Assembly (NCBI GenBank): GCA_003282835.1 | Contig: QBYL01000003.1 | Coordinates: forward strand, 21,491 to 85,490 | DNA length: 64,000 nt | Origin: Pelagibacteraceae bacterium AG-325-J13 | GTDB taxonomy: Bacteria; Pseudomonadota; Alphaproteobacteria; Pelagibacterales; Pelagibacteraceae | Reading direction: 5' to 3' | In this document: piece after piece, positions 63,576 through 64,000 of the stretch | Layout of the letters: every line of letters begins with the position of its first letter | Position numbering within the stretch: the first letter of the stretch is position 1 | Notes under the pieces: generated by a model | The model's database searches: none | Seen by the model: the letters and a program-made list of their open reading frames with translations, nothing else | What the model was told of the DNA's origin: nothing | Made by a program: the position numbers and the translations under genes

Positions 63576-64000
63576 TGAGTTTGTTTGATAAATTTAAAAT
63601 AGGACTTGGAAAAAGCTCTTCAGGTTTATCTGGTGGATTTAAAAATATTTTTTCAAAAAAAAAACTTGATAATACTGTCTTAGATGAATTTGAAGATTTG
63701 CTTATAAGCGCCGATACAGGAGTGGAAGTAGCCAAAGAACTAAGAAAAGATTTTGAAAATTTTAAAATTGATAAAAAATTAGATAATCACGAAGAAATTT
63801 TAAAATTAATTTCTGACAAAATGGCGATTGACTTACTTAAATACGAAAAGGATCTAAGTTTGATGGGTAATGCTAATTCTTCAGTTATTGTTGTCTCTGG
63901 AGTAAATGGCGTAGGTAAAACAACTACAATCGGAAAATTAGGGAAATATTTCAAAGATAATAGTAGATCAGTTGTTTTTGGGGCGGCAGATACCTTTAGA
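63575..64000 (+). CDS. ftsY: SRP receptor FtsY, N-terminal part (runs off the window; no acidic N-terminal domain)
   Basis: ATG at 63575; reads MSLFDKFKIGLGKSS...EDLLISADTG...GVNGVGKTTTIGKL...AADTFR. Confidence 0.95.
   Translation, partial: MSLFDKFKIGLGKSSSGLSGGFKNIFSKKKLDNTVLDEFEDLLISADTGVEVAKELRKDFENFKIDKKLDNHEEILKLISDKMAIDLLKYEKDLSLMGNANSSVIVVSGVNGVGKTTTIGKLGKYFKDNSRSVVFGAADTFR

Overview
Very AT-rich (roughly 30% GC by eye), densely packed core-genome window from a streamlined marine alphaproteobacterium. Gene order, minimal spacers, a SAM-II riboswitch on metX and an ffh leader point to Pelagibacterales/SAR11 (inference). It holds the 3' end of aceF, a TAXI-TRAP transporter, the helicase-TerB-fdxA-carD block, tRNA-Leu(CAA), argH-lptM-lysA-plsC, hisC-tyrC, metXW, rplU-rpmA-obgE-proBA-nadD-rsfS-ctpA-rppH, atpHAGDC, priA, the TCA cluster (sdhCDAB-mmsA-mdh, then sucCD-sucAB-lpdA, split by a two-gene insertion), leuCDB-asd, ffh-rpsP-trmD-rplS and dapF-ftsY. 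I found no CRISPR array, IS element or prophage. The best candidate for an undescribed system is absent from the ORF track: a stand-alone transcription unit at about 10274-10476 on the minus strand. It has a consensus TTGACA promoter, a 5' hairpin, a strong SD and its own terminator, and encodes a 23-aa protamine-like peptide, MAKRRRKKAKKAKKKAKRRRRRR. Other highlights are a SAM-II riboswitch wired to a terminator/antiterminator switch, an SdhD with no heme-ligating His (possibly a heme-free complex II), and the absence of rimM, envC/rlmH and ftsEX from their usual positions. All calls are by eye; no searches were run.
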